From: a virus
Lineage: Duplodnaviria > Heunggongvirae > Uroviricota > Caudoviricetes
Strand: one strand, 5' to 3'
Length of the DNA stretch: 8,790 nucleotides
IMG/VR virus record: IMGVR_UViG_2703718806_000011
Span: 1 to 8,790 of that record
Made by a program: the position numbers and the translations under genes. The notes below the pieces were generated by a model. It ran no database searches. It was given only the letters and a program-made list of their open reading frames with translations, and was not told the origin of the DNA. How positions within the stretch are numbered: position 1 is the stretch's first letter; the number at the start of each line of letters is the position of its first letter. Of this stretch, positions 1-6,450 are shown piece after piece.

Positions 1-114
1 AACACGCGCATAATTTTCGGCTGTCATGCTGTCCGGCTGCGTGGCCTGTTCGTCAGCCTGCTGGCTGATTCCGGCGACGCGGCGGATTAATCCCAGTATT
101 TCGGCTTCTGTCAT
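1..114 (-). CDS. Hypothetical protein, N-terminal 38 codons only (MTEAEILGLIRRVAGISQQADEQATQPDSMTAENYARV...); runs off the window start
   Basis: ATG at 114-112 with a G-rich stretch (GGGGG) 5 nt upstream; open frame to position 1. Too short in-window to appear in the ORF track. Sits downstream of the capsid gene, so possibly another head-module gene (inference). Confidence 0.35.
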   Translation of the reverse strand, partial: MTEAEILGLIRRVAGISQQADEQATQPDSMTAENYARV

Positions 115-255
115 TGTGCCCCCATCGCGCTGGTGAAGAAAACAAGCTCAGATTTTTTGTAAAGAATCTGTCACGCTAAAAGATGTCGAACAAAAATTAA
201 CCACAATCATCATCTTTTTTGCATCAACAACATTAAAAACAACAGGTTACACACA

Positions 256-350
256 TGATGATGATGACGATAAAATCACAAAAATGCGCTTTTTTCCGCG
301 CCGCCCGCCCCGTGTTCAGGCCCACCCCACCAGGAGGACCCGCAAAAAAG
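256..350. repeat. Copy 1 of a ~95-bp direct repeat (core 281-350, about 93% identical to 2818-2888), with a (GAT)n-like trinucleotide stretch at one end
   Basis: Aligned by eye against 2793-2888. Shared core AAAATGCGCyTTTTTCCGCGCC...GCCCCGTGTTCAGGCCC(A/C)CCCCACCAGGAGGACCCGCAAAAAAG. Confidence 0.6.
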
Positions 351-365
351 GCGGCTGGTGCCGCC
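341..365 (-). terminator. Rho-independent terminator just after the capsid gene stop
   Basis: GC stem GGCGGC-tggt-GCCGCC (350-365), followed on the minus strand by TTTTTTG (349-343); lies 6 nt beyond the stop at 372. Confidence 0.6.
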
Positions 366-371
366 TTGTTG

Positions 372-2261
372 TCATAGTGAATCGGTACCACCTGATTTGA
401 CCATACCGCGATAATCCAGAGCTGCCACACCTGCATCAATACGGACTTTCCAGGCCACGCCGTCAACGATAAAACCTTCCTGCTGTTCAAGGTAAGGTTC
501 GTCATTACCATCAAGATAAGCCACCTCGATTGTGTCCGTTCCCTGTGCGGAAAGCATGTACCATTGTTTTTCGCTGATATCATCAAGGCGGGGATCGACG
601 ATGATATCAAGTAGCTTGTGATACGGGTTAAAGATCCCGCTGTTTTTATCAGCCCCGAAAGGTGCGGTTGAGTTAATCATCTGCAACGCGCGATCTTCCA
701 GTGCTGCCGGAACTAAAAGGAATTTAGGCGCAATATTCAGCACTTCGCCATTTTTGTCCTTCTGTGTGCGCATCAGGTGACGTGCTGCACTAAGTCCCGG
801 TGTTGTCAGTCCTGCTTCAATCAGGTTGCTGTGTTTTTTGTCAAACAGCGTTATTCCGTCAGAAAGTTTTACGTTGCCTGTAAGCACCAGATTAACCAGA
901 TTTCCCACCGTTCTTGATGCTGCACGGCCCATAGCCATTGGCACCGTTGATAACTGATCAAGGTCATCATTGATTATCGCCTGGCGGGTAATGCTGAAAA
1001 TATTCCCGTAAGTAGCCAGCGCGATGGGTTCACCGCGATCGCTGGTGGTGATGTATTTATATTCTGCCCCTTCCGGCACTTTGTTTAACGTTGAGAAGCC
1101 ATTCATACCAACGCGGCGGGCTTCCCGGAAGTTTGAAAGGGAACCTTTTTTCGTCCACTGGCGGAATGTTTCGCCACTGTGCTCCCAGCCTGCAAGCACT
1201 GATTTTTCAGCGCCACCAGCAAGGATATCGGTAAAATCGCTGCTGCTGTGGGTGAATGCCGCGTTTACTATCTGCGAGCGTGTGCCGTAGCTGCCCGTGC
1301 TTATACCACGATGGGTTAATGATGCCTGTGCCATATCGAAAAGGCTCATCATGGCGTAAGGATTACCGCGTTCGGCCCGTTCGTGACCAAGACGCGCATT
1401 AAGCCCCTGACGCATGGCATCGCCGGTTATATTGCCGTTATCCGTGTACGCGTAGTAAAGATTTGCGGGGGTGGTTTTGTTTGTTGGCGTTGATTCTTTA
1501 CCCATAGCGAGTAAAAGGCGTTCGCGTGCATTCTCAACGCTACATTCTGAATCCGCAAGACAACTTATAGCCAGGTCGTTATATCTTCCGTTGAAGGTGC
1601 CAAACAATTCACGGATTCCGTTAAGTCGTTCCTGTTCGCCACTGCCAGTTTTCTGGCTGATCATGCTTTTAATTTTTTCCGGCATATTTGAAAAATCTCC
1701 GATTCGTTTTGATTCAATTCGGGCCATTGCTGTAATCGCGGGTATAACCTCATCTGCGAAGCCGTTAGCCTTACACTCATTGCCATCCATCCAGGTTTCC
1801 GCCTCCATCATGGAGGTGATCTCCTGTTTGCTCCTGCCCGTTCTTCCGGCATAGGTTTCTGCCATCGTGTCGCCCAGCTTGTCCATCAGATCAGCAAAGC
1901 GGCGAACGTCGCCCGACACTCCGGCAGTAACACCACGGGGGGCATGTATCATCATCATCGCGTTTTCAGGCATAACGATGTGATCTCCACACATGGCAAT
2001 AAACGACGCCATAGAAGCCGCCATGCCTTCAATGTGTACGATTTTTTTTGCCGGATGATTTTTCAGGGCGTTATAGATAGCCAGCCCTTCAAAGATGTCG
2101 CCACCAGGTGAATGAATGCTCAGATGGATTTCAGACGCATTACCACACGCGTTGATCTCGTCAGTAAGTGCCGATGCTTTTACACCGTACCCGCCGATCT
2201 CGTCATAAATGCGCACATAGACAACATCTGCCATAGCCTTAATGGAAAACCATGTTTTCAT
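372..2261 (-). CDS. Prohead serine protease (ClpP family) fused to HK97-fold major capsid protein, 629 aa
   Basis: N-terminal ~170 aa aligns with ClpP around the catalytic residues: IHSPGGD, GMAASMASFIA (compare ClpP GQAASMGAFLL, catalytic Ser) and MMIHAPRG (compare ClpP VMIHQPLGG, catalytic His). The C-terminal ~400 aa has the length and composition of an HK97-family capsid protein. RBS TAGGAG 8 nt upstream of the ATG at 2261. Confidence 0.85.
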   Translation of the reverse strand: MKTWFSIKAMADVVYVRIYDEIGGYGVKASALTDEINACGNASEIHLSIHSPGGDIFEGLAIYNALKNHPAKKIVHIEGMAASMASFIAMCGDHIVMPENAMMMIHAPRGVTAGVSGDVRRFADLMDKLGDTMAETYAGRTGRSKQEITSMMEAETWMDGNECKANGFADEVIPAITAMARIESKRIGDFSNMPEKIKSMISQKTGSGEQERLNGIRELFGTFNGRYNDLAISCLADSECSVENARERLLLAMGKESTPTNKTTPANLYYAYTDNGNITGDAMRQGLNARLGHERAERGNPYAMMSLFDMAQASLTHRGISTGSYGTRSQIVNAAFTHSSSDFTDILAGGAEKSVLAGWEHSGETFRQWTKKGSLSNFREARRVGMNGFSTLNKVPEGAEYKYITTSDRGEPIALATYGNIFSITRQAIINDDLDQLSTVPMAMGRAASRTVGNLVNLVLTGNVKLSDGITLFDKKHSNLIEAGLTTPGLSAARHLMRTQKDKNGEVLNIAPKFLLVPAALEDRALQMINSTAPFGADKNSGIFNPYHKLLDIIVDPRLDDISEKQWYMLSAQGTDTIEVAYLDGNDEPYLEQQEGFIVDGVAWKVRIDAGVAALDYRGMVKSGGTDSL

Positions 2262-2452
2262 AGCCAGGCTCCTAACGTTGCCTGGTACCAGTATTCAACC
2301 GCGCTGCGTGTGATTTGTCCTTTCGTGGGCACTGGCATACCCGGGTGATTATCTTTGATGAACTGCTGATAGCGTTCGATCTTCTCCATAGTTCCGGCGT
2401 CTATGTGCACAGTGGCACTTTTATCCGGCTTTCTGGTGTTGTTCTCTGGCAT
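2258..2452 (-). CDS. Hypothetical small protein, 64 aa from the favoured start at 2452 (ORF track start 2485 gives 75 aa); translationally coupled to the capsid gene
   Basis: GGAGG lies 7 nt upstream of the ATG at 2452, whereas the ATG at 2485 has no Shine-Dalgarno. The stop overlaps the capsid start (ATGA). Predicted strand-helix-helix pattern (ATVHIDAGTMEKIERYQQFI...) suggests a small DNA-binding or assembly factor (inference). Confidence 0.5.
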   Translation of the reverse strand: MPENNTRKPDKSATVHIDAGTMEKIERYQQFIKDNHPGMPVPTKGQITRSAVEYWYQATLGAWL

Positions 2453-2647
2453 AAATCCGCCTCCGTTTTGATTAACGGGCATCATTATTGATCGATAAAA
2501 GTAATAGATAAATCATTTTCTACCTGAAAATCAGATTATGTTTTTTCTGATTATTCTCAGAAAGGCAAAGTTATTGACGCATTTTTGCCATTGAAGCAGT
2601 ATTAAGACTCGTCATCCTGGCGATAAAAACTCCTTTGTCGTGTAAAA

Positions 2648-2683
2648 GCGCCTCCGGTAACAGCAATCGGGGGCGCTTTTTTT
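2648..2683. terminator. Intrinsic terminator, strongest in the plus orientation and probably bidirectional
   Basis: Stem GCGCCTCCG (2648-2656) / CGGGGGCGC (2668-2676) with one G-U pair, followed by TTTTTTT (2677-2683) on the plus strand and preceded by AAAA, which gives UUUU on the minus strand. Confidence 0.5.
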
Positions 2684-2792
2684 GCGCCTGTTTTTTTGTA
2701 AATGCTTTCGGGAACGCTCCAGTGATGAACAAAAAACAACCTGATTCGACACTAAAATTTTTTATTCCTCAATATATCAATAACTTATAGTG

Positions 2793-2888
2793 GTGGTGAT
2801 GGTGCCATAAAAATCAAAAAATGCGCCTTTTTCCGCGCCCCTCCGCCCCGTGTTCAGGCCCCCCCCACCAGGAGGACCCGCAAAAAAG
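2793..2888. repeat. Copy 2 of the ~95-bp direct repeat (pairs with 256-350); carries a C8 tract at 2859-2866
   Basis: Aligned by eye with 256-350. The two copies differ by one indel and a few substitutions, so plus-strand reading frames through them are not conserved, arguing the element is non-coding. Confidence 0.6.
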
Positions 2889-2904
2889 CCGGATTGCTCC
2901 GGCT
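2880..2904 (-). terminator. Rho-independent terminator after the SSB-like gene
   Basis: Stem AGCCGGA-ttgc-TCCGGCT (2887-2904) followed on the minus strand by a T-run (complement of 2881-2886); lies 16 nt beyond the stop at 2920. Confidence 0.6.
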
Positions 2905-2919
2905 TCTGTCACTCGTTGC

Positions 2920-3177
2920 TTAAAACGGTATGTTATCCCCGTACGGATCATCGTTACCCGCCACGCTCACCAGTTCGCCTTTGTGGTGTTTTGCCAGTGC
3001 GTCGGCCTGTCTGCCAAACGCCAGGACGGATAACCACATCGTCGCCGTTCCGTCATCGGCCTGGCTGCACGGCAGGGGGATAGCCATACCCGCCATCGCC
3101 ATTTGTGTACCCTTGCTGGTGGTCTTTAACTGTGGGTCAGCCACCAGCCGCCCGTAAGCGGCTATCTGTGCTGTCAT
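2920..3177 (-). CDS. Truncated SSB-like OB-fold protein, 85 aa, ending in an SSB-type acidic C-terminal tip (...DDPYGDNIPF)
   Basis: The N-terminal part resembles the start of E. coli SSB (IAAYGRLVADPQLK vs VILVGNLGQDPEVR; WLSVLAFGRQADALAKHHKGELVSV vs [26 protein letters not shown]), and the last residues DNIPF match the SSB tip DDDIPF. Start overlaps the upstream gene stop (ATGA). Confidence 0.6.
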   Translation of the reverse strand: MTAQIAAYGRLVADPQLKTTSKGTQMAMAGMAIPLPCSQADDGTATMWLSVLAFGRQADALAKHHKGELVSVAGNDDPYGDNIPF

Positions 3178-3443
3178 GATTCCACCTCTCCGGTTTTAAT
3201 GTTGATGGTTGTTACCTGTTCCGCTTCGGCAATCTCCCGTTCTGTCAGCGTGGCAAAGTTTGCCGCCGCTGTGGTCATGAATGCGCTTATCAGTTCGGGA
3301 TGTTCCTTCGCGTATCCTTCCCCCGCGTGGCGGTCTATTACCCTGATTGCTACCTTTAAGGCGTGCTCTGTCATGTCTAACGCTTTATATTTTGGCTCTG
3401 TTCTGTCTCTGCGCATTTTGGTTATCTCCTCACTCATGCTCAC
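3174..3443 (-). CDS. Hypothetical protein, 89 aa (GTG start at 3443; alternative ATG at 3437)
   Basis: Plausible composition; GAGG lies 7 nt upstream of the GTG, inside an ori iteron; coupled to the downstream SSB-like gene by a 4-nt overlap. Confidence 0.5.
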   Translation of the reverse strand: MSMSEEITKMRRDRTEPKYKALDMTEHALKVAIRVIDRHAGEGYAKEHPELISAFMTTAAANFATLTEREIAEAEQVTTINIKTGEVES

Positions 3444-3630
3444 TTTTGCGCCTCACTTTTTAAAGCGTCTCGCTTCGTCTCACTTGATATTTTTGATGTT
3501 TTTATGTGCATGTTTCATAAGGATTTTTTACTCCTCACTTTTTGGGGTATATATACGTTGAAAAGTGAGGAGTTCAGGGGGTTTTTCGTGCAATTCCTCA
3601 TTGTCCTCACTTTTGCGCCTCACTTTTTAC
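3429..3630. repeat. Putative origin of replication: iterons of consensus CCTCACTTTT around an AT-rich core
   Basis: The 23-bp unit CTCACTTTTGCGCCTCACTTTTT occurs at 3439-3461 and 3606-3628. A perfect 12-bp inverted repeat CTCCTCACTTTT (3531-3542) / AAAAGTGAGGAG (3561-3572) flanks a TATATATA spacer. Partial copies at 3429-3435, 3477-3486 and 3596-3603. AT-rich stretch 3481-3530. Lies immediately 3' of the replication gene. Confidence 0.55.
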
Positions 3631-5036
3631 AGAGGGCCTACATCATCACCGTCGATATAAATAACCCCGTCTTTTTCCAGCTTGCGTAGCCAGCGGCTGA
3701 AGTTTTTCATTTCGTACCCCAGCTTTTTCATATCGTCACGTAACAGCGGGATCGTGCACTTGTCGCCGTGCTGTGTGCGTGACCGGATACATCCCCATAG
3801 CGCAGCATGATTCTCCGTCTTGTTGCCAGCCTCTTCGATGCGCTCCAGTTCAACGGGAGGACGCGGCTTATCCACCACCACCAGCGACGTGATTAACTCC
3901 CCGTCAGCGTCGGTAAAAAGCTCCACCACCCGCAAATCATAGGCAGCCTCTTTGAGTTCCTCCGCGTCCTTCATTTTGGTGCATGAGATAACCAGCGCTT
4001 CGCTTCCTGCGTCCTCCCTGCGTATCCGGTATTCAGCGTCCAGTGATGCACGAAATGCACTGGAACCACGCGCCCCCTTTGTTTCATCCTTGCCGGAATG
4101 GTGAACCACCAGCACCGTAGCCCCTGTGCGCCGTTTAAGCTCGTCACAACCACGGATAAATGCCCCCATGTCGCGGGAGTCATTTTCATCATTGCCGCCA
4201 AAGCAACGCGCCAGCGTGTCCAGAATAATCATGCGAACAGGTTTACCCGTTTCCCTCTCCACCTGACTGGCAGCAATAACCAGTTCATCAACATCAAGCG
4301 GGACAGCCGGAAAGATGGGACGGTTTACCAGATACAGATTTTTCACCTGCTCACCGTGCACAACCTCCCAGGCTTTTACACGACGCGGAACGCCGATACC
4401 GCCTTCACCAACCACATAGAGAACAGCGCCATGCGCCACCCTGCGGCCTCCCCACTGGCGGCCCGTGGAAACGTGACACGCCCACGATCCGGCAAGGAAT
4501 GATTTATAGGAACCGCTCGCCCCGTATATGCTGCAAAGCGACGATGCCGGAATAATCCCCTTTACCACGTAATCAAGCTGTGTGTCGTATCCGGTAGATC
4601 CAACGCTCATCGGTAGCTTGGTTTTTCGCTGGGGGATTTTTTTCATGACCAGGCTTTCCCCGCGTTCCCATGCCTCCCTAAGCCGTGGAAGCTGGTCGCT
4701 CCATTCCTCCAGCAATTCGAAATTTTCAGAAAGTAGCCGCGCCTCCTGGACTCCGGCGATCGCCAGTTTCGTGGCGATGGTTAACAGCTGCGGCTCTTCA
4801 ATATTTCCGGCGCGTATCACCGTCGCCCTGTATCGCCCATCATCAACAATCTGGAGGTTATCCAGTTCGCTTAACTGATAACGCCCCAGATAAACGGGAG
4901 GGACTGGATCGCCTGCTTTTTTGGCCTGTGCAATGATGTAATGCTCTGCGAATGAGTGAGCATCAATACCCGCAAAAATAATCGCATCGGTGTATTTATC
5001 TTTCGGTAATCGTTTTACGTTCGGTGCCAGTTTCAT
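3627..5036 (-). CDS. Replication protein with a RepA/DnaB-like (RecA-fold) ATPase domain, 469 aa; primase/helicase-type satellite replication initiator
   Basis: P-loop-like IYGASGSYKSF, Walker B-like RMIILD, and HHSGKD, as in RepA-like helicase domains (from memory, unverified). AGGGG lies 6 nt upstream of the ATG at 5036. Start overlaps the upstream gene stop (ATGA). Confidence 0.8.
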   Translation of the reverse strand: MKLAPNVKRLPKDKYTDAIIFAGIDAHSFAEHYIIAQAKKAGDPVPPVYLGRYQLSELDNLQIVDDGRYRATVIRAGNIEEPQLLTIATKLAIAGVQEARLLSENFELLEEWSDQLPRLREAWERGESLVMKKIPQRKTKLPMSVGSTGYDTQLDYVVKGIIPASSLCSIYGASGSYKSFLAGSWACHVSTGRQWGGRRVAHGAVLYVVGEGGIGVPRRVKAWEVVHGEQVKNLYLVNRPIFPAVPLDVDELVIAASQVERETGKPVRMIILDTLARCFGGNDENDSRDMGAFIRGCDELKRRTGATVLVVHHSGKDETKGARGSSAFRASLDAEYRIRREDAGSEALVISCTKMKDAEELKEAAYDLRVVELFTDADGELITSLVVVDKPRPPVELERIEEAGNKTENHAALWGCIRSRTQHGDKCTIPLLRDDMKKLGYEMKNFSRWLRKLEKDGVIYIDGDDVGPL

Positions 5037-5332
5037 TTTTTACCCCTGAATCCGTTAATCATGGTTTTCAGCTTCTGGATGTTTGCCCGTGCCCTGGCGT
5101 TGCTGGTGGGCACGTTATGCGGCGCGGTCTGTACCAGAGAAAAATCACGCCGGAACTGATAAACAGGCATCACGCAATCATATTCGTAACCTTCACGGCG
5201 GTAAGTTACGCACCGTCCCGCCACGCCCTTAATCATTACCGTGCCGCCGTACTGGTCGCGGTAAATATCACCGCGCGTAAATTTAGGGTGAGTGTTGCCA
5301 CTGGCAGTTAAGCCAGAATATTTAAGTTTCAT
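5033..5332 (-). CDS. Hypothetical protein, 99 aa; resembles small conserved proteins found beside replication genes in P4-like prophages
   Basis: ORF-track protein with GDIYRDQYGGTVMIKGVAGRCVTYRREGYEYDCV, probably beta-rich. GGAG upstream of the ATG at 5332. Last gene of the small-gene operon before rep. Confidence 0.6.
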   Translation of the reverse strand: MKLKYSGLTASGNTHPKFTRGDIYRDQYGGTVMIKGVAGRCVTYRREGYEYDCVMPVYQFRRDFSLVQTAPHNVPTSNARARANIQKLKTMINGFRGKK

Positions 5333-5337
5333 TATTT

Positions 5338-5571
5338 TTATTCTCCGGTGTGCTGTTCGTTATATCTGTCGTGCAATTGGTCTATTTCTTGTAGTTCCAT
5401 TATTACAGGCTCAAGAAGCGTTATTAATGCCGTGACAATTCTTGATTTTTGTTTGTCGCGTTCATTGTCGCCAAGTGTTTCAAGCCATATGCGCAATATT
5501 TCCAGCATGTTTTCACTGTGAGAAAGTGCAATAAATGCGCGGTCTATTGTTTCAAGGTAAATATCACGCAT
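5338..5571 (-). CDS. Hypothetical small protein, 77 aa, predicted helical
   Basis: AGGGGG then TAAT before the ATG at 5571; the upstream gene stop TAA is 1 nt before the start. Confidence 0.6.
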   Translation of the reverse strand: MRDIYLETIDRAFIALSHSENMLEILRIWLETLGDNERDKQKSRIVTALITLLEPVIMELQEIDQLHDRYNEQHTGE

Positions 5572-5572
5572 A

Positions 5573-5794
5573 TTACCCCCTGCCAGACATTTTTCTTAAA
5601 TCAGATTCAGCAATATATTCCGCATAATCGGCAGTAATATTCAGTACGTCTATTCCAGTTGATTTATATTCTTTCGTGCCAAGTAAGAAAAATGCCGCTC
5701 TTATCAGTTCGGATATTGACGAAAGCGCATCACCTGCATCATCAGGCGCACCATCAAATTCCTTTTTCAGGGAATTAAAACGATCATCACGCAT
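5573..5794 (-). CDS. Hypothetical small acidic protein, 73 aa from the favoured start at 5794 (ORF track start 5842 gives 89 aa)
   Basis: The internal ATG at 5794 is preceded by the G8 tract that also encodes the C-terminal glycines of the upstream gene, and overlaps that gene's stop (ATGCGTGA). The longer N-terminal extension is hydrophobic and has no Shine-Dalgarno. Confidence 0.5.
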   Translation of the reverse strand: MRDDRFNSLKKEFDGAPDDAGDALSSISELIRAAFFLLGTKEYKSTGIDVLNITADYAEYIAESDLRKMSGRG

Positions 5795-6008
5795 AACCCC
5801 CCCCATTTTCACAATCAGCAACAAGAATATTTTTAGCGTCATTCAGCGACCGCGTGGCGGTGTATCGGATACATTCCAGGGCGAACGATGTGTATTCTTC
5901 CCGTTCTTCCTTTCGTGCAAGCTCTGCTGTGCATTCAATATCAATAAGCGCGTGCATCAGCGTAGTGAGTGCGGCGGCGGCTGCGTCCGGTGTGGTTTTA
6001 TTGCACAT
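5787..6008 (-). CDS. Hypothetical small acidic protein, 73 aa from the favoured start at 6008 (ORF track start 6062 gives 91 aa)
   Basis: GGAGGGG lies about 4 nt upstream of the ATG at 6008; the ATG at 6062 has no Shine-Dalgarno. C-terminus ...ENGGGYA. Confidence 0.5.
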   Translation of the reverse strand: MCNKTTPDAAAAALTTLMHALIDIECTAELARKEEREEYTSFALECIRYTATRSLNDAKNILVADCENGGGYA

Positions 6009-6228
6009 GTACCCCTCCGCATTTTTTTTCGTTAGAAATAAGCGTTCTTCTTTCCTGTTCATCGCTCAGGAATACGCAGACCTCACCGCTAAGGCGTTTA
6101 AGTAAGCCGATGATTGCCCCTGATTCGCTGTCGGTCATCATGCCAGGGTAATCCTCTGCCAGTGCGCAAATAACTTCGATTTGGTGGGCGCGTTCTGCTG
6201 CCTGTTGTAGTGTGATTTCCTGGCTCAT
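5998..6228 (-). CDS. Hypothetical small protein, 76 aa from the favoured start at 6228 (ORF track start 6285 gives 95 aa)
   Basis: AGGAGG lies 8 nt upstream of the ATG at 6228, which overlaps the upstream gene stop (ATGA). The longer form would begin inside the upstream gene with a Cys-rich, implausible N-terminus. Confidence 0.55.
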   Translation of the reverse strand: MSQEITLQQAAERAHQIEVICALAEDYPGMMTDSESGAIIGLLKRLSGEVCVFLSDEQERRTLISNEKKCGGVHVQ

Positions 6229-6419
6229 AAGCCTACCTCCTGACGAATACGGGCGGCAAATACAGCAACACAACCGGACGGGCAACGGCTACGCGCTTCG
6301 CGTTCCGTCCAGGCGGTTACGTGGATGATTTGAGATTCTCCGGCACTCAGTGCCAGAAAACGCCACATAAAGGCAGTTTGTGTGTGTACAAGGTGTGGTA
6401 TATGATTTACGGCAACCAT
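6225..6419 (-). CDS. Small protein, 64 aa, first gene of the early operon; possibly Icd-like (host cell-division inhibitor family common in P4-like prophages)
   Basis: Strong RBS GAGGAG 6 nt upstream of the ATG at 6419. The Icd-like assignment is from memory of the family pattern (aromatic-R-F-L-A-L core) and is unverified. Confidence 0.55.
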   Translation of the reverse strand: MVAVNHIPHLVHTQTAFMWRFLALSAGESQIIHVTAWTEREARSRCPSGCVAVFAARIRQEVGL

Positions 6420-6450
6420 AACGGCTCCTCGTTTACGTTGTTGGTTAGAA

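Noticed and set aside
233-610. 125-aa minus-strand ORF overlapping the capsid gene 3' end
   Set aside because: It is an alternative frame of the capsid gene that continues through its terminator and the repeat, which is not plausible for a real gene.
1024-2348. Plus-strand ORFs 1024-1290, 1471-1854 and 2112-2348 inside the capsid gene
   Set aside because: Antisense to a gene with clear ClpP and capsid motifs; no RBS; odd composition.
2537-2593. 18-codon plus-strand ORF and possible small RNA upstream of the terminator at 2648-2683
   Set aside because: No convincing promoter or RBS was found by eye; kept only as context for the oddly plus-oriented terminator.
2821-3157. Plus-strand ORFs 2821-3033, 2850-3083 and 2930-3157 (Pro/Arg-rich)
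   Set aside because: They arise from the GC-rich repeat and terminator and lie antisense to the SSB-like gene. The equivalent frame in repeat copy 1 diverges after an indel, so no conserved protein is encoded.
3429-3630. Possible CRISPR array, because of the repeated CCTCACTTTT motif
   Set aside because: Repeats are short (9-23 bp), irregularly spaced, include an inverted copy and flank an AT-rich core. That is iteron/origin architecture, not regular repeat-spacer units.
3199-3689. Plus-strand ORFs 3199-3561 and 3504-3689 across the ori region
   Set aside because: They read through the iterons and AT-rich core and are antisense to coupled minus-strand genes; hydrophobic low-complexity translation.
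3971-4936. ORFs 3971-4201 (-), 4098-4502 (+), 4582-4878 (+) and 4685-4936 (+) within the replication gene
   Set aside because: Alternative-frame or antisense ORFs inside a gene with clear NTPase motifs; none has a convincing RBS.
5787-6285. Longer N-terminally extended forms of three small operon genes (starts at 5842, 6062, 6285)
   Set aside because: Each extension overlaps the upstream gene by 48-57 nt and lacks a Shine-Dalgarno, while the internal ATGs have GGAGG-type sites and classic ATGA-style overlaps. The short forms are preferred; the long ones are not excluded.
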